From IMG/VR virus record IMGVR_UViG_3300029288_000134, positions 1 through 64,000 of that record: a stretch of 64,000 nucleotides of DNA. The stretch is one strand, 5' to 3'. The position numbers were made by a program, and so were the translations under genes. Shown here in pieces: positions 17,880-27,190 of this stretch (within the stretch, counting starts at the first letter, position 1; each line of letters starts with the position of its first letter). Source of the stretch: a virus. Taxonomy: Duplodnaviria > Caudoviricetes. The notes beneath the pieces were generated by a model, which was given only the letters and a program-made list of their open reading frames with translations, did no database searches and was not told where the DNA came from.

Positions 17880-18074
17880 TCACATTCTGCTCAGAAGAGC
17901 CTCAATGTTATTGTCCGACAATTCTATCCATTCGCCATCAAGTAGCTCTGGCGAATTGGTCAATGCGTAAATCTCATTTGATCCATCTGGCGTGTAAATA
18001 TCCAAGTGGACAAGAATCATATTACGTGCTCGCACAGCATCCTCGATATTCTCGAAATACCTCAAGAATTCCAT
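17880..18074 (-). CDS. Hypothetical protein
   Basis: SD GAAAGGA. Confidence 0.55.
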   Translation of the reverse strand: MEFLRYFENIEDAVRARNMILVHLDIYTPDGSNEIYALTNSPELLDGEWIELSDNNIEALLSRM

Positions 18075-18086
18075 GATATTTCCTTT

Positions 18087-18293
18087 CTATCGCCAATCAT
18101 CATGATCGTTACGGATTGTTATAAGGACTTCTCGATACTCTGTCACAATAACGTTATCTATACAGTTGGCCATAGATGCGGCCTCGATGTATAGACGCGC
18201 TACCTCATCTTCTTTATCTGTTTCCGCGAACATATCCCACTTGTCACCATCTGGGATATACCAAATGATGTACTTCTTGCGTTTCTTTGTCAC
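18087..18293 (-). CDS. Hypothetical protein
   Basis: First gene after promoter 18353; SD GAAAGGAG. Confidence 0.55.
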   Translation of the reverse strand: MTKKRKKYIIWYIPDGDKWDMFAETDKEDEVARLYIEAASMANCIDNVIVTEYREVLITIRNDHDDWR

Positions 18294-18352
18294 GTTACGC
18301 TCCTTTCTTTATGCGAGTACCTAATAGTAAATAATAATATTCTATTATATAT

Positions 18353-18381
18353 ATTATACCATACAATCATAGATAAGTCAA
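18353..18381 (-). promoter_or_regulatory. Sigma70-type promoter
   Basis: TTGACT-17-TATAAT, TGG extended -10. Confidence 0.85.
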
Positions 18382-18406
18382 ATAGAATATAGATTGATAG
18401 ATAACA

Positions 18407-18440
18407 AAAAAAGAGAGGGCTTTTATACCCTCTCTTTCCT
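18407..18440 (-). terminator. Intrinsic terminator
   Basis: AAAGAGAGGG/CCCTCTCTTT stem with a T-run on the minus strand. Confidence 0.7.
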
Positions 18441-18443
18441 TTC

Positions 18444-18863
18444 TTACCTATATGGATTGATTCTTTTTGTACAATTCATCCAGTCGAGTGTATCGTCAAA
18501 CAAATTGACGACAGCATGCATCTCACCAGGATAACCATCTTCGTAATCATCGGCGATCCCTAGACCATAGTCACTCGCAACGTCTACGAGCGCGTTATAT
18601 GCAATCTCCCATTCATCGACGTATGGAGTAATGATACAAAGAGAACCTATAAACGTCCATCCTAGATAGTGACCATAATAATCTCTCTGATAACAAGCCT
18701 CGTTGAAAGCGAGTTGATATACTCTTTTCCAGTCAACTCTTTCTCTCGCGGCTTGTGCAAAGATTACGCGCAGTTCGTCGTCCGACTTTATTTCCCGATC
18801 CAGAGTGTCCCTATAATCATCCACCCAATGATAAGGCATTGTTATTCTCCTTAATATGGCCAT
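18444..18863 (-). CDS. Hypothetical protein
   Basis: ORF in the early array; internal SD AAGGAG suggests the start MPYHW. Confidence 0.55.
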   Translation of the reverse strand: MAILRRITMPYHWVDDYRDTLDREIKSDDELRVIFAQAARERVDWKRVYQLAFNEACYQRDYYGHYLGWTFIGSLCIITPYVDEWEIAYNALVDVASDYGLGIADDYEDGYPGEMHAVVNLFDDTLDWMNCTKRINPYR

Positions 18864-19161
18864 TCATCGCCGTACAATAATCGTAGTTTATCAACCATTA
18901 GCTCGACAACATCAGTGGTTTCGTAGATCAAATTTCGCATTTCGGTGAGGTTTTTGTTAAGACTTTCGATCTTTTTATTAAGATCGCGGATCATTTCCCG
19001 TGTTTCCTTGGTCATCGGATCCATCATTGCAAATCTCCTTTCATTGATTATCGACTCAGCTTAACCCATGAAAGCTCATGGGCTAAGTGAAACGAGAATC
19101 TACTTTCGCACTTGGCCTTGACCATCAGAGACGATCAGGCCAGAATCTAGGGTTTTGTCCA

Positions 19162-19395
19162 TCAACATTCCTTATCACGTCCTTTCTGCAAAGTTACGTC
19201 GATGTTGAAGTGAATGTGCATTGGTTGCACAACAAGGATACTGGATAAACGATACTCGTTCAGCAATAGATTAGCAACACAATCCATTGCATCATCCACT
19301 TTATCAAACTCGCTATGCACATCGTATGAGTATTGTCGCTCATCATTACCAACGAGCACCATGTAGTTTTTCTGTGTAGATTGACTGTATTCCAT
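19162..19395 (-). CDS. Hypothetical protein
   Basis: SD GGGAGAGG. Confidence 0.55.
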   Translation of the reverse strand: MEYSQSTQKNYMVLVGNDERQYSYDVHSEFDKVDDAMDCVANLLLNEYRLSSILVVQPMHIHFNIDVTLQKGRDKEC

Positions 19396-19567
19396 TATTT
19401 GCCTCTCCCTACGACAAGATAATCGCGAGAGTGGTTATCTTGTCGTTGCAGTTGTTTATACTGGCTTTTTAGGTTGTCGTAGTCATTCTGCCCAGAGTTC
19501 ACGCAAGCGATATGTGCAGCGACAAGCATCATGATCCCGAGCAAAAAGCAGACATAGTGTTTCATTT

Positions 19568-19807
19568 TTAATTTCCTTTCAGGTCAAGGCGAATCGTATT
19601 TAATCTATCCTCAACGTCCTCTGGGAACATCATCCACAGATTTTCGTCATCGAATAAGGATTGCTGGTCATCATCACTATCCCCGCACATAAAGGATATT
19701 TCATCGTTGTCTGCGAAGATAAATGGATGACGTAATGGATTTCCGATGGGTTGATGATTTACAGAGAACATACAAGCGTCTTTGATGTTACGGAATTTGT
19801 GAATCAT
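19568..19807 (-). CDS. Hypothetical protein
   Basis: SD GAAAGGA. Confidence 0.55.
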   Translation of the reverse strand: MIHKFRNIKDACMFSVNHQPIGNPLRHPFIFADNDEISFMCGDSDDDQQSLFDDENLWMMFPEDVEDRLNTIRLDLKGN

Positions 19808-19822
19808 ATTTAGTTGTCCTTT

Positions 19823-20110
19823 CTATGAATACATATAAGGCACGTTGGCCTTATAATGCATCCCTAGTAGGTCGGCGGCATACTCTTGCCTAATAGCAAT
19901 TTCTACCATAGGATCGAATTGCCTTGCATTAGCAAGAATATACTTTCCATCTCTATCCCAATCCAGCATCATTTTTACGGCCTCGACTTGTATTTGCAAT
20001 GGTGCGTTGGGCATAAGATATTTCACAAACTTTACCGCATACATCCATTCTCTGTTTGGTGGCTCTATTTTGTTAATATACAGTGATCTCTCAAGTTTGA
20101 TTGTGTTCAT
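19823..20110 (-). CDS. Hypothetical protein
   Basis: SD AAGGAG. Confidence 0.55.
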   Translation of the reverse strand: MNTIKLERSLYINKIEPPNREWMYAVKFVKYLMPNAPLQIQVEAVKMMLDWDRDGKYILANARQFDPMVEIAIRQEYAADLLGMHYKANVPYMYS

Positions 20111-20305
20111 GACAATCTCCTTCTCCCTCTTCGGCTCGCCTCGCGGCAGGGCCGGTTATCTGCATTGTAACGCCACACTGAAAATCTCTAATCTTGGCTC
20201 AGGACAATCTGGCCGCGACACCCCTGACGCATGAAATTGTCCTGAGCTAAAATCAGAGAGCGACGACACAGCGATTCCCCAAACGCCTACGTCGCTTTCT
20301 GGTTA

Positions 20306-20533
20306 TTATTCCTTGATCGTGATAATTATATATTCCGATGAGTCGAACATTCTTACACCGACGAACTTGTCGTCGGTGTATTGTGGCCTAATTCGACAGG
20401 AAATGGCAGAAGCCATTTCCGACATTCTGCTCCAATATATCGGAGCCATCGGATGACTGATTGCTCGCGTCTCGCAGTATTTTCCTAAAAGCACCCCAAA
20501 TCTTTTCTTGAACGAATCGGTTAGCCATTCCAT
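20306..20533 (-). CDS. Hypothetical protein
   Basis: Follows promoter 20620; SD GAAAGGA. Confidence 0.5.
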   Translation of the reverse strand: MEWLTDSFKKRFGVLLGKYCETRAISHPMAPIYWSRMSEMASAISCRIRPQYTDDKFVGVRMFDSSEYIIITIKE

Positions 20534-20619
20534 GATTAAATTGTCCTTTCTCGCGTGTCACGTTACAGCTACGCGACGCACGCTATTAAATTATCTTTCT
20601 CTCTCAACCTTATACTCTA

Positions 20620-20648
20620 ATTATAACATAGAATATAGATTAAGTCAA
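20620..20648 (-). promoter_or_regulatory. Sigma70-type promoter
   Basis: TTGACT-17-TATAAT, TGT extended -10. Confidence 0.85.
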
Positions 20649-20751
20649 TAGCCATAGGATGATCAAATCCTTAATCATCCATGCAATTGTGCCTACAGCT
20701 ACGGTAACGATACAGACAAAAAGCATCGTTACCGTGTTGCTTGTTTCTGGC

Positions 20752-20889
20752 AAATTGTCCATATGAAATTGTCCTTCGCTACGTGCCTATATCGGAAATA
20801 AAATGTAACGTTACAATAGAAATTGTCCCACGCGAGCGACCTGTATTGAAATATGAAATTGTCCCACGCAACGTGCCTATAAATTGTGC
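20752..20889. repeat. Cluster of AAATTGTCC boxes
   Basis: Exact copies at 20752, 20766, 20820 and 20856 (also 20234 and 20538); variant at 20881. Confidence 0.7.
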
Positions 20890-20952
20890 ATACGATTGTG
20901 CCTATATGTAACGTGGTATAACTAGTGGCAAACGTGACTGCCCTAGTCGTGT

Positions 20953-21045
20953 TATGGTGTATGGTGTATGGTGTATGGTGTATGGTGTATGGTGTATGGT
21001 GTATGGTGTATGGTGTATGGTGTATGGTGTATGGTGTATGGTGTA
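20953..21045. repeat. Tandem heptamer (TATGGTG)13
   Basis: 13 perfect units at 20953-21043. Confidence 0.95.
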
Positions 21046-21093
21046 ACGTGAAATTCAGTTTACTATATAGGATCATTCTAATCCTATAATCTA

Positions 21094-21122
21094 ATTATAC
21101 CACATCTAGTCCTATAAGTCAA
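21094..21122 (-). promoter_or_regulatory. Sigma70-type promoter
   Basis: TTGACT-17-TATAAT, TGG extended -10. Confidence 0.85.
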
Positions 21123-21211
21123 ACTTGCCATAATAAAATGTAACGTTACACTTTTTTACGTCAATTGACAGTATAGCGCTATTCTACCATTATACTTTGA
21201 CGTATTGGCAC

Positions 21212-21240
21212 TTGACATTGCGTTGATTCTATGGTATAAT
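21212..21240 (+). promoter_or_regulatory. Perfect consensus sigma70 promoter
   Basis: TTGACA-17-TATAAT with TGG. Confidence 0.9.
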
Positions 21241-21297
21241 ATTGGTGTGTTAGAGATTAAAACACGCAAACGGTAAAATAGAAAAGGATGATATACG

Positions 21298-22272
21298 ATG
21301 GAACAGAAAGACTATTCCAAGGTGCCAGGATATAATACTAAGTCTGATGCTAAACCGATTACTGACAAGAAGTTTACTATGGGTGATTGGAATTGGATTA
21401 GCAAGTCTAGCAGCGTTGGTAATTTCATAGAAGGCGAAATAGAACGCATTCAAGCCAAAGAGGAAGTCGAACGCGAAAAGGCCGAAAAGCTTTTGGCCGA
21501 AAAGCTACTGGCCGAGAGTAATGCCAAGCTATTGGAACAGTACACGGCCGAAATAGATGCTTTTATGACGGCCATAGACAATTCGCTTATGAGCGCTGGC
21601 ATTCTTCTGGTTAAAATCGAAAAGGATAAGCTTTTCAAACCGACCTACGTTACTTTCACTTCTTGGCTAGAATCAAATGACATTGCCAAGAAGTGGAGTA
21701 GCAACAGTATCCAGCTAGCCATGCGCTTAGCGTCCAATTCGCTTTGCGTTGAGTTTAAGGATTTGGGTAGTGGGATACTCAAGGCTTTAGATACGTTCGA
21801 GAGCTATGTCAAGCAAAATCCGGATAAGAAAACGGTTGTTGACACTATAGCTGAGTTTGGTGAGGGCAAGGCATTGTACCAGCTAGCCAAGGATAAATCG
21901 CTTAGTGTCAAAGCCGTACGTTCTATCTTAGATAAGGCTAAAGGGAAGGCCGAAAGACCGAACCGAAGCCCGAAGAACGCCCCTTCTTCCGACACCGGCG
22001 ATTTGACCGACGGTGAGCCGGAACCCCAGGCGGGAATAATCCCAAACACGGGAGTTAGCGCCGAGTGGCGATCACGGGCGATTATGGCGCTTGCAGCGAA
22101 TCCTGGCCAGGAAGAGTTGGCAAGGGCGCTTGCTATGTTGGACGTTACGGTGCAATACTGTAAGGAAATACGAAACAAAATTATCGCAATGCAATCTAGC
22201 GCACCGGCTAGCGCACCGGCTAGCGCGCCTAAGGTTTTATCACCAAGGGAGCGACAGCAAGTAGCAGCATAA
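21298..22272 (+). CDS. Hypothetical helical protein with own promoter and terminator
   Basis: 324 aa; coiled coil; LLVKIEKDKLFKPTYVTFTSWLE motif; low-complexity SAPA tail. Confidence 0.7.
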   Translation: MEQKDYSKVPGYNTKSDAKPITDKKFTMGDWNWISKSSSVGNFIEGEIERIQAKEEVEREKAEKLLAEKLLAESNAKLLEQYTAEIDAFMTAIDNSLMSAGILLVKIEKDKLFKPTYVTFTSWLESNDIAKKWSSNSIQLAMRLASNSLCVEFKDLGSGILKALDTFESYVKQNPDKKTVVDTIAEFGEGKALYQLAKDKSLSVKAVRSILDKAKGKAERPNRSPKNAPSSDTGDLTDGEPEPQAGIIPNTGVSAEWRSRAIMALAANPGQEELARALAMLDVTVQYCKEIRNKIIAMQSSAPASAPASAPKVLSPRERQQVAA

Positions 22273-22293
22273 CAACCAAATAGCACGTTTGTT

Positions 22294-22335
22294 CTATAGC
22301 GCATGGTATATAGTGTATCATGCGCTATAGTTTTG
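22294..22335 (+). terminator. Terminator-like hairpin
   Basis: CTATAGCGCATG...CATGCGCTATAG followed by TTTT. Confidence 0.65.
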
Positions 22336-22491
22336 TCTGTCGCTATTGTATGTAATATTACAATGACTAGTATGTAATATATACTACAATAGGCGTATTG
22401 TACGACGCGGTGCGATACAACGGGCACGGGGTGAAACAAGACAGGGAGGGGTATGATTTGTAACGGCTAGGGGGACTAGTGGGGTAACGAC

Positions 22492-22810
22492 CATCATCTC
22501 CCATAGTTTTTCTCGTTTCAGTATTCCACTTGACATATCATGTATTCCTGATCAAGCCAAGTATGCTACTATATACTACTACTAAACAAGTACCATCATC
22601 TTTCCTCATAGTTTTTTCTACTCCCATATCTCACTTGACATAGTGTTGTTTCCATTCCCTTTCCCGATCTTGAAATATTACACTATCTGATAGTCAGGTA
22701 TATCCATCCATACCAAGCATCATCTCCCATAGTTTTTCTCATTTCCACATCTAACTTGACATATCATTGCTTCCATACCCTTTCCCGATCTTAATATATT
22801 ATACTATCTA
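22492..22810. repeat. Three degenerate ~100-125 bp direct repeats
   Basis: Units start at 22492, 22594 and 22718: CATCATCT..CATAGTTTTT..ACTTGACATA. Units 2 and 3 also share CCCTTTCCCGATCTT..ATATTA.ACTATCT. Confidence 0.7.
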
Positions 22811-23060
22811 GCGATCAAGTCTATCTATTCCAACGATTCTTATTGACGGGTGGGGTATCTTGGTGTACAAGCACGGATTAGCCACAAATAGCTAAATACT
22901 GAATTTTTTTGCATTATTCTTGAATTATACAAGTATATTGTTACAAATTACAGTGTAGGCACATCAAAACACGGGCTTAGGCAAGGATATAGCTTATTCT
23001 GTACAATTATCTTGGTACGTCCTAGTGCCTAATATCATTGGCACGTCCTAGTGTCTAATA

Positions 23061-23525
23061 TCATTGTGTTTTAAGGCTATCTAGGAGTTTTATGCATCGT
23101 TTAGTGGCTGATTTGTGATAGCTACGCTTTTTAAGTGGTGCAGGTTTAGTGTAATGGATACAGAATGTTCTAAACCAATCAGAGGTGTTATCGAGAGGGG
23201 TTCTATCAAGGATGACGATATTTCTATCGGAAGCGTGATGTACATTGGGTCTAGGGCATATTCCATCGAGTGCTATCCTGCCCATAGCTTCTAGATAATG
23301 CAAGTAGTCATGCAGGGAAGAATATCTAGTTTGGCCTGTACATATAGTCGTTAGCTCCGAGTATGTAGGAGTTACACCAAATCGTTCTTCGAACAGCTTG
23401 ATTGCTTCAAAGGCAACGATAAGGCGGTTGGGGTCAGGGAGCAACCCCTTAACCCCAACCTTCTTATTAATGAGCTTACTCCTTAGCTCAGTCTGTAAGT
23501 GTTTACGTTTTACGTATTTGGACAT
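23061..23525 (-). CDS. LexA-like winged-HTH DNA-binding protein (no peptidase domain)
   Basis: AIKLFEERFGVTPTYSEL...SSLHDYLHYLEAMGRI. Confidence 0.6.
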   Translation of the reverse strand: MSKYVKRKHLQTELRSKLINKKVGVKGLLPDPNRLIVAFEAIKLFEERFGVTPTYSELTTICTGQTRYSSLHDYLHYLEAMGRIALDGICPRPNVHHASDRNIVILDRTPLDNTSDWFRTFCIHYTKPAPLKKRSYHKSATKRCIKLLDSLKTQ

Positions 23526-23539
23526 CTATTCTTAGTTTG

Positions 23540-23977
23540 TTACTTCTCCATAGGTTTGAACAGATCTGATAATACGCGGCACATATGCCTCGACAACTCT
23601 TCATTATCAAGGACTTTATCTTGCAGGGCTTCTGGATTAGCAACAGATCCTTCTTCTGAGCATTTACCCATCTTACAAGCATCTGCGATACCAGGTGGAA
23701 TCCCTTGAAAAGTAATTTTGGCTTCCTCTCTGGTATAGAAATAGGCTATACTCTCGAACATATCTGTTAGATTATCGAAGTGCTCTGTCCATTCATCGTC
23801 GTCTCTAAGTGACTCAAAGTTGACTAGCCACCCATTGATGGTTTCTGCTATTGCAACGGTGAACGGCATTGACTTGCTTAGGTCCATATTTATTGGCATT
23901 TCTTTTCCTTGTCTTTGATTTTCTTTAGTATGTCTATGGCCATTGTGCATACCATGTACCCGAGTGATGTTCCGCAT
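23540..23977 (-). CDS. Hypothetical protein
   Basis: ORF in the leftward array. Confidence 0.5.
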   Translation of the reverse strand: MRNITRVHGMHNGHRHTKENQRQGKEMPINMDLSKSMPFTVAIAETINGWLVNFESLRDDDEWTEHFDNLTDMFESIAYFYTREEAKITFQGIPPGIADACKMGKCSEEGSVANPEALQDKVLDNEELSRHMCRVLSDLFKPMEK

Positions 23978-24489
23978 GTTTTTGATACTTCGTCCCTAAA
24001 ACCACCTATCCCACTCCAGAGCGAAACCGTGTAGTATGGAAGATGCTCGCCCTTCTCGCCCTTCTCGCAATTACCTAGTTTTTCACGATATGGTTCCTGT
24101 AGTATGCTTACCGTGATCTTTCTTGTTGCCAGTGCCTCAATTACATACATCATGTGTGTCGGGTTTGTTGTGTACGATTTGCCGTATGGAAGATCTAGCG
24201 CAATGGCGACTTGGGTATTTAGAGAACGATCATTTTTACCTATCTCAACCGGCGCGTCCTTGAAACTATCGTTAATGCTCCCCGCAAATGTTATGGTGTA
24301 ATCCGTGGAGTCTTCTAGGCGACGAATCCATTTTATTGCATCATTGAGATCTTGAAACACCGCTTTCGTTTGTTCGTATGGTTTTCCTTTTTTGTGCAGA
24401 GTTGCAATATATCCGCCTTCTACGCCCTCGATAGTTACTATGATGCCCATGATTTTCTCCTTATTCTTCTTGTGATAGAGTATCGTCAA
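23890..24489 (-). CDS. Hypothetical protein (likely start MGIIV)
   Basis: SD AAGGAG before ATCATG. Confidence 0.55.
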   Translation of the reverse strand: MTILYHKKNKEKIMGIIVTIEGVEGGYIATLHKKGKPYEQTKAVFQDLNDAIKWIRRLEDSTDYTITFAGSINDSFKDAPVEIGKNDRSLNTQVAIALDLPYGKSYTTNPTHMMYVIEALATRKITVSILQEPYREKLGNCEKGEKGEHLPYYTVSLWSGIGGFRDEVSKTCGTSLGYMVCTMAIDILKKIKDKEKKCQ

Positions 24490-24703
24490 TTATACTCCAT
24501 TTGTTCCAAAACTCGCCATTTGTACCCGAGTAATACGCCGCACCATCTTCCATGATGTATGCACACTCAACACTCTTTTTACTATCTTCTACAGTGGTCC
24601 AGGTTGCACCTGATACGATTACTTTCTCTTCGTTTGTGAATCTATTACGTATGTTGATTGGCGTTATGTATTTGTAATGATAAGCGTGCTCTGGTATATC
24701 CAT
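24461..24703 (-). CDS. Hypothetical protein
   Basis: SD GAAAAGGA. Confidence 0.5.
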   Translation of the reverse strand: MDIPEHAYHYKYITPINIRNRFTNEEKVIVSGATWTTVEDSKKSVECAYIMEDGAAYYSGTNGEFWNKWSIIDDTLSQEE

Positions 24704-24846
24704 TAGTTATCCTTTTCTACAATGACGATAGTTGCTCTTTTTATATCTTTGTCAGTTATGTGTCTGGCATCTCTGATTATTTCGAGTTTGCCTCGGACAT
24801 CCTGCTCATTGTCTACCGCTGTTGCTATCCTGACCATCTTCTTTTC

Positions 24847-25086
24847 CTATTCTATTGCGTATACATGAATATCGTAGGTAAAGTATAGCTTTCTTCCACA
24901 GATAGGGCATATCGAGAATAGGCCATTATCTCCTATTGGTATCTCGAAATCTTCTTCATCTGCTTTCCAGAGTACTCCCTTGCACACGCACGTATACAGA
25001 GGCAGAACTTCCCATCCATGTATGATTCTTGGTTTGCCAAACTTGACTTTGCTTGTGATTTCTACGGGTTTGGCTTTAGATTTCAT
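24847..25086 (-). CDS. Small Zn-ribbon protein
   Basis: CVC...CPICG. Confidence 0.55.
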   Translation of the reverse strand: MKSKAKPVEITSKVKFGKPRIIHGWEVLPLYTCVCKGVLWKADEEDFEIPIGDNGLFSICPICGRKLYFTYDIHVYAIE

Positions 25087-25292
25087 CAGATTGCGCCTCC
25101 TGGACTTGCCTCCGACAGTGTGATTTTTGCGTAGGGTCGTTGGTAATACTTCCCATCAGTAACCTTGAATTCAATGTCTGTTACGTACAGTAATGTGTCT
25201 TTTTCTGGCACACTCTCGCCAGTGTCGTCTTTTTTTAGAAATACTAACATTTCGTATGTCATGACCAAGAACTCCTTTCGTAATTTATCCAC
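25086..25292 (-). CDS. Hypothetical protein
   Basis: TGATG coupling. Confidence 0.5.
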   Translation of the reverse strand: MDKLRKEFLVMTYEMLVFLKKDDTGESVPEKDTLLYVTDIEFKVTDGKYYQRPYAKITLSEASPGGAI

Positions 25293-25313
25293 AATAGGAT
25301 TCTAGAAATCAAT

Positions 25314-25381
25314 ACATCATGTAAGATACTAGAAGCCACCCGGGTTCACATCATGTAAGATACTAGAAGCCACCCGGGTTC
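25314..25381. repeat. Perfect 34-bp tandem duplication
   Basis: ACATCATGTAAGATACTAGAAGCCACCCGGGTTC x2. Confidence 0.9.
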
Positions 25382-25816
25382 ACTGTGCTTAATTCCAAAT
25401 CCTTCACAGAATTCTAGCAAGGATTGTTTTTCTTCGAGAAGGTAGTCCATGTTGCCAGGGTATATTCTAGTTGCCTCGCCATCGTATGCTTTTATAACGG
25501 TACCCGGTATGGCCAGGATAGGATAATTATCGTCGCCTTGATAGATTGGATCTACCGGGAGCTTGGGTTCGGTTTTCCTGAAGTCGAACAACTCTTTGTA
25601 GTACGCCTCTATTATATCTGGCGGTGGCTCTATGCCATCAATATAATTATGGTTATGGTATATTTCGAAAGAGTGTTTGAATCCCTGGATTTCGTAAGTC
25701 CACCAATGGTCAATGTCTCCTCCATTTTCTTCTGTATTCCACGGCAATACTAACTCGTCTTCGTCTTCGATTGGTATTACTCCGTAACATAGTGTCGCGA
25801 CAGTTGACATTCCCAT
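25346..25816 (-). CDS. Hypothetical acidic protein
   Basis: SD AGGAGG. Confidence 0.65.
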   Translation of the reverse strand: MGMSTVATLCYGVIPIEDEDELVLPWNTEENGGDIDHWWTYEIQGFKHSFEIYHNHNYIDGIEPPPDIIEAYYKELFDFRKTEPKLPVDPIYQGDDNYPILAIPGTVIKAYDGEATRIYPGNMDYLLEEKQSLLEFCEGFGIKHSEPGWLLVSYMM

Positions 25817-25917
25817 TTTATCCTCCTATTTCATTCCTGGCATTGGCATACCCATACTTAGTGACATGATCCAGATTATAACGATTGCTATCACGATCCA
25901 CCGAATGTTGTCTTCTA

Positions 25918-26223
25918 TCATTTTGATTCTTGTTTCCTTGCTATTATAGCGCCCGCTTCTTTTAACAATTCTGCGCAATACGAAGCTACTTCGCCTTCTT
26001 GTGTGTATATGTAGTCACCGTATTTCGAGAGCGTTATTTCGTCTTCTGGATCGTTATTCTCCTTGTACATATTGATCATGAATTTCATATTGTCTCGGGT
26101 ATTCTTTAGTGTAAAATCTCCGCATACCATATCCCATAGATTCTCTGCTAGAATCTCTAGTACATTGCCAGCAAGAATGTATTTATTGCTCATCTGATTC
26201 TCCTTGTTGTTTCTCGAAAGCAC
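25918..26223 (-). CDS. Hypothetical protein
   Basis: Internal SD AAGGAG suggests the start MSNKY. Confidence 0.55.
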   Translation of the reverse strand: MLSRNNKENQMSNKYILAGNVLEILAENLWDMVCGDFTLKNTRDNMKFMINMYKENNDPEDEITLSKYGDYIYTQEGEVASYCAELLKEAGAIIARKQESK

Positions 26224-26527
26224 GAAACTCGTAATCTATTTGTTGCGCAAGCACTTTTACGTATTCTTGCATACTAGATGTTCTTGTGCTATGTATCAGA
26301 ATTATTGGTACGAGCTTGTTTAGATGAGCTATTTCTTTTAATTCTATACTGTATCTTTCTATTGTTATGGATATATAAGGATCGCTGTACATTTCTAGTA
26401 TTTTCCATACGAGATGGTCGTTTAGCATTAATTTGCCTAATGGTGTATTTAGATACAACGTGTACTCTTGATCTATCACGTACAACTCGTCTCGTAGGAT
26501 ACTTACGAATCTATAGACATCTAGCAT
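26183..26527 (-). CDS. Hypothetical protein
   Basis: SD AAGGAG. Confidence 0.55.
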   Translation of the reverse strand: MLDVYRFVSILRDELYVIDQEYTLYLNTPLGKLMLNDHLVWKILEMYSDPYISITIERYSIELKEIAHLNKLVPIILIHSTRTSSMQEYVKVLAQQIDYEFRAFEKQQGESDEQ

Positions 26528-26756
26528 TCCATATCTCCTTGAGTAGATCCCATACTATGTTTATTATTAGTACGGATACTCCTAATGCCAATATGTCCTC
26601 TGCCGATAATGGTCGTTGGTAGATTGTTTTAGATACAAGCGCCAATCCAATTTGGCTTCCAAATACATTGAATGTGCATTTCATTGAAAGAGCCTTCCCC
26701 TGCATGGCGAAAAATAATACTCTAGGTTTATTTTGTATATATTTGTATGTCCCCAA
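26511..26756 (-). CDS. Small membrane protein
   Basis: Hydrophobic C-terminal segment. Confidence 0.4.
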   Translation of the reverse strand: MGTYKYIQNKPRVLFFAMQGKALSMKCTFNVFGSQIGLALVSKTIYQRPLSAEDILALGVSVLIINIVWDLLKEIWNARCL

Positions 26757-27178
26757 TCAGATTCTTTCCCGCATACCTTGAAATTGCTAGGAACAAGAAT
26801 ATTTATCGCGTCTGCGCCGTACAATTTAGCAGGATACGATAGATTATCTGTAGCAATATACCATTCCATTGAGCAAAAGCTGTTTTTGAACTTGTATGGC
26901 CCTTCCAAGAATGGGGCAACGTATTTCAAGAAATCTTTTGTTCCGTCTATCACATCCTTGTCCATGCACTCATGCCAGCGATCATAACTAAGTGAGTTTT
27001 CCCATCTCTTGGTATCAATATGTGTATTGCAATGTTCGCGTAAGGTATTTTTGCGCATGGTTGGCTCAAGCACTCTTTCGAGTTGTTTTATTTTATCATT
27101 GGTACCATCTAAAGCTATCGCAGTGGCAATTATACTAATAGCTACTATTGCGATTGTCACCCACCAAATGCTTTCCAT
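26681..27178 (-). CDS. Membrane-anchored hypothetical protein
   Basis: N-terminal TM helix WWVTIAIVAISIIATAIAL; SD AAGGAG. Confidence 0.6.
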   Translation of the reverse strand: MESIWWVTIAIVAISIIATAIALDGTNDKIKQLERVLEPTMRKNTLREHCNTHIDTKRWENSLSYDRWHECMDKDVIDGTKDFLKYVAPFLEGPYKFKNSFCSMEWYIATDNLSYPAKLYGADAINILVPSNFKVCGKESDWGHTNIYKINLEYYFSPCRGRLFQ

Positions 27179-27190
27179 TTTTATCTCCTT

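Noticed and set aside
20729-21076. 115-aa ORF with HHTPYTI repeats
   Set aside because: It is simply the translation of the (TATGGTG)n array; there is no convincing RBS.
21804-22439. 211-aa minus-strand ORF
   Set aside because: Antisense shadow of the 21298 gene, which has the promoter, RBS and terminator.
22492-22810. Possible CRISPR mini-array
   Set aside because: Repeats are long and degenerate with no unique spacers of regular length; no cas genes.
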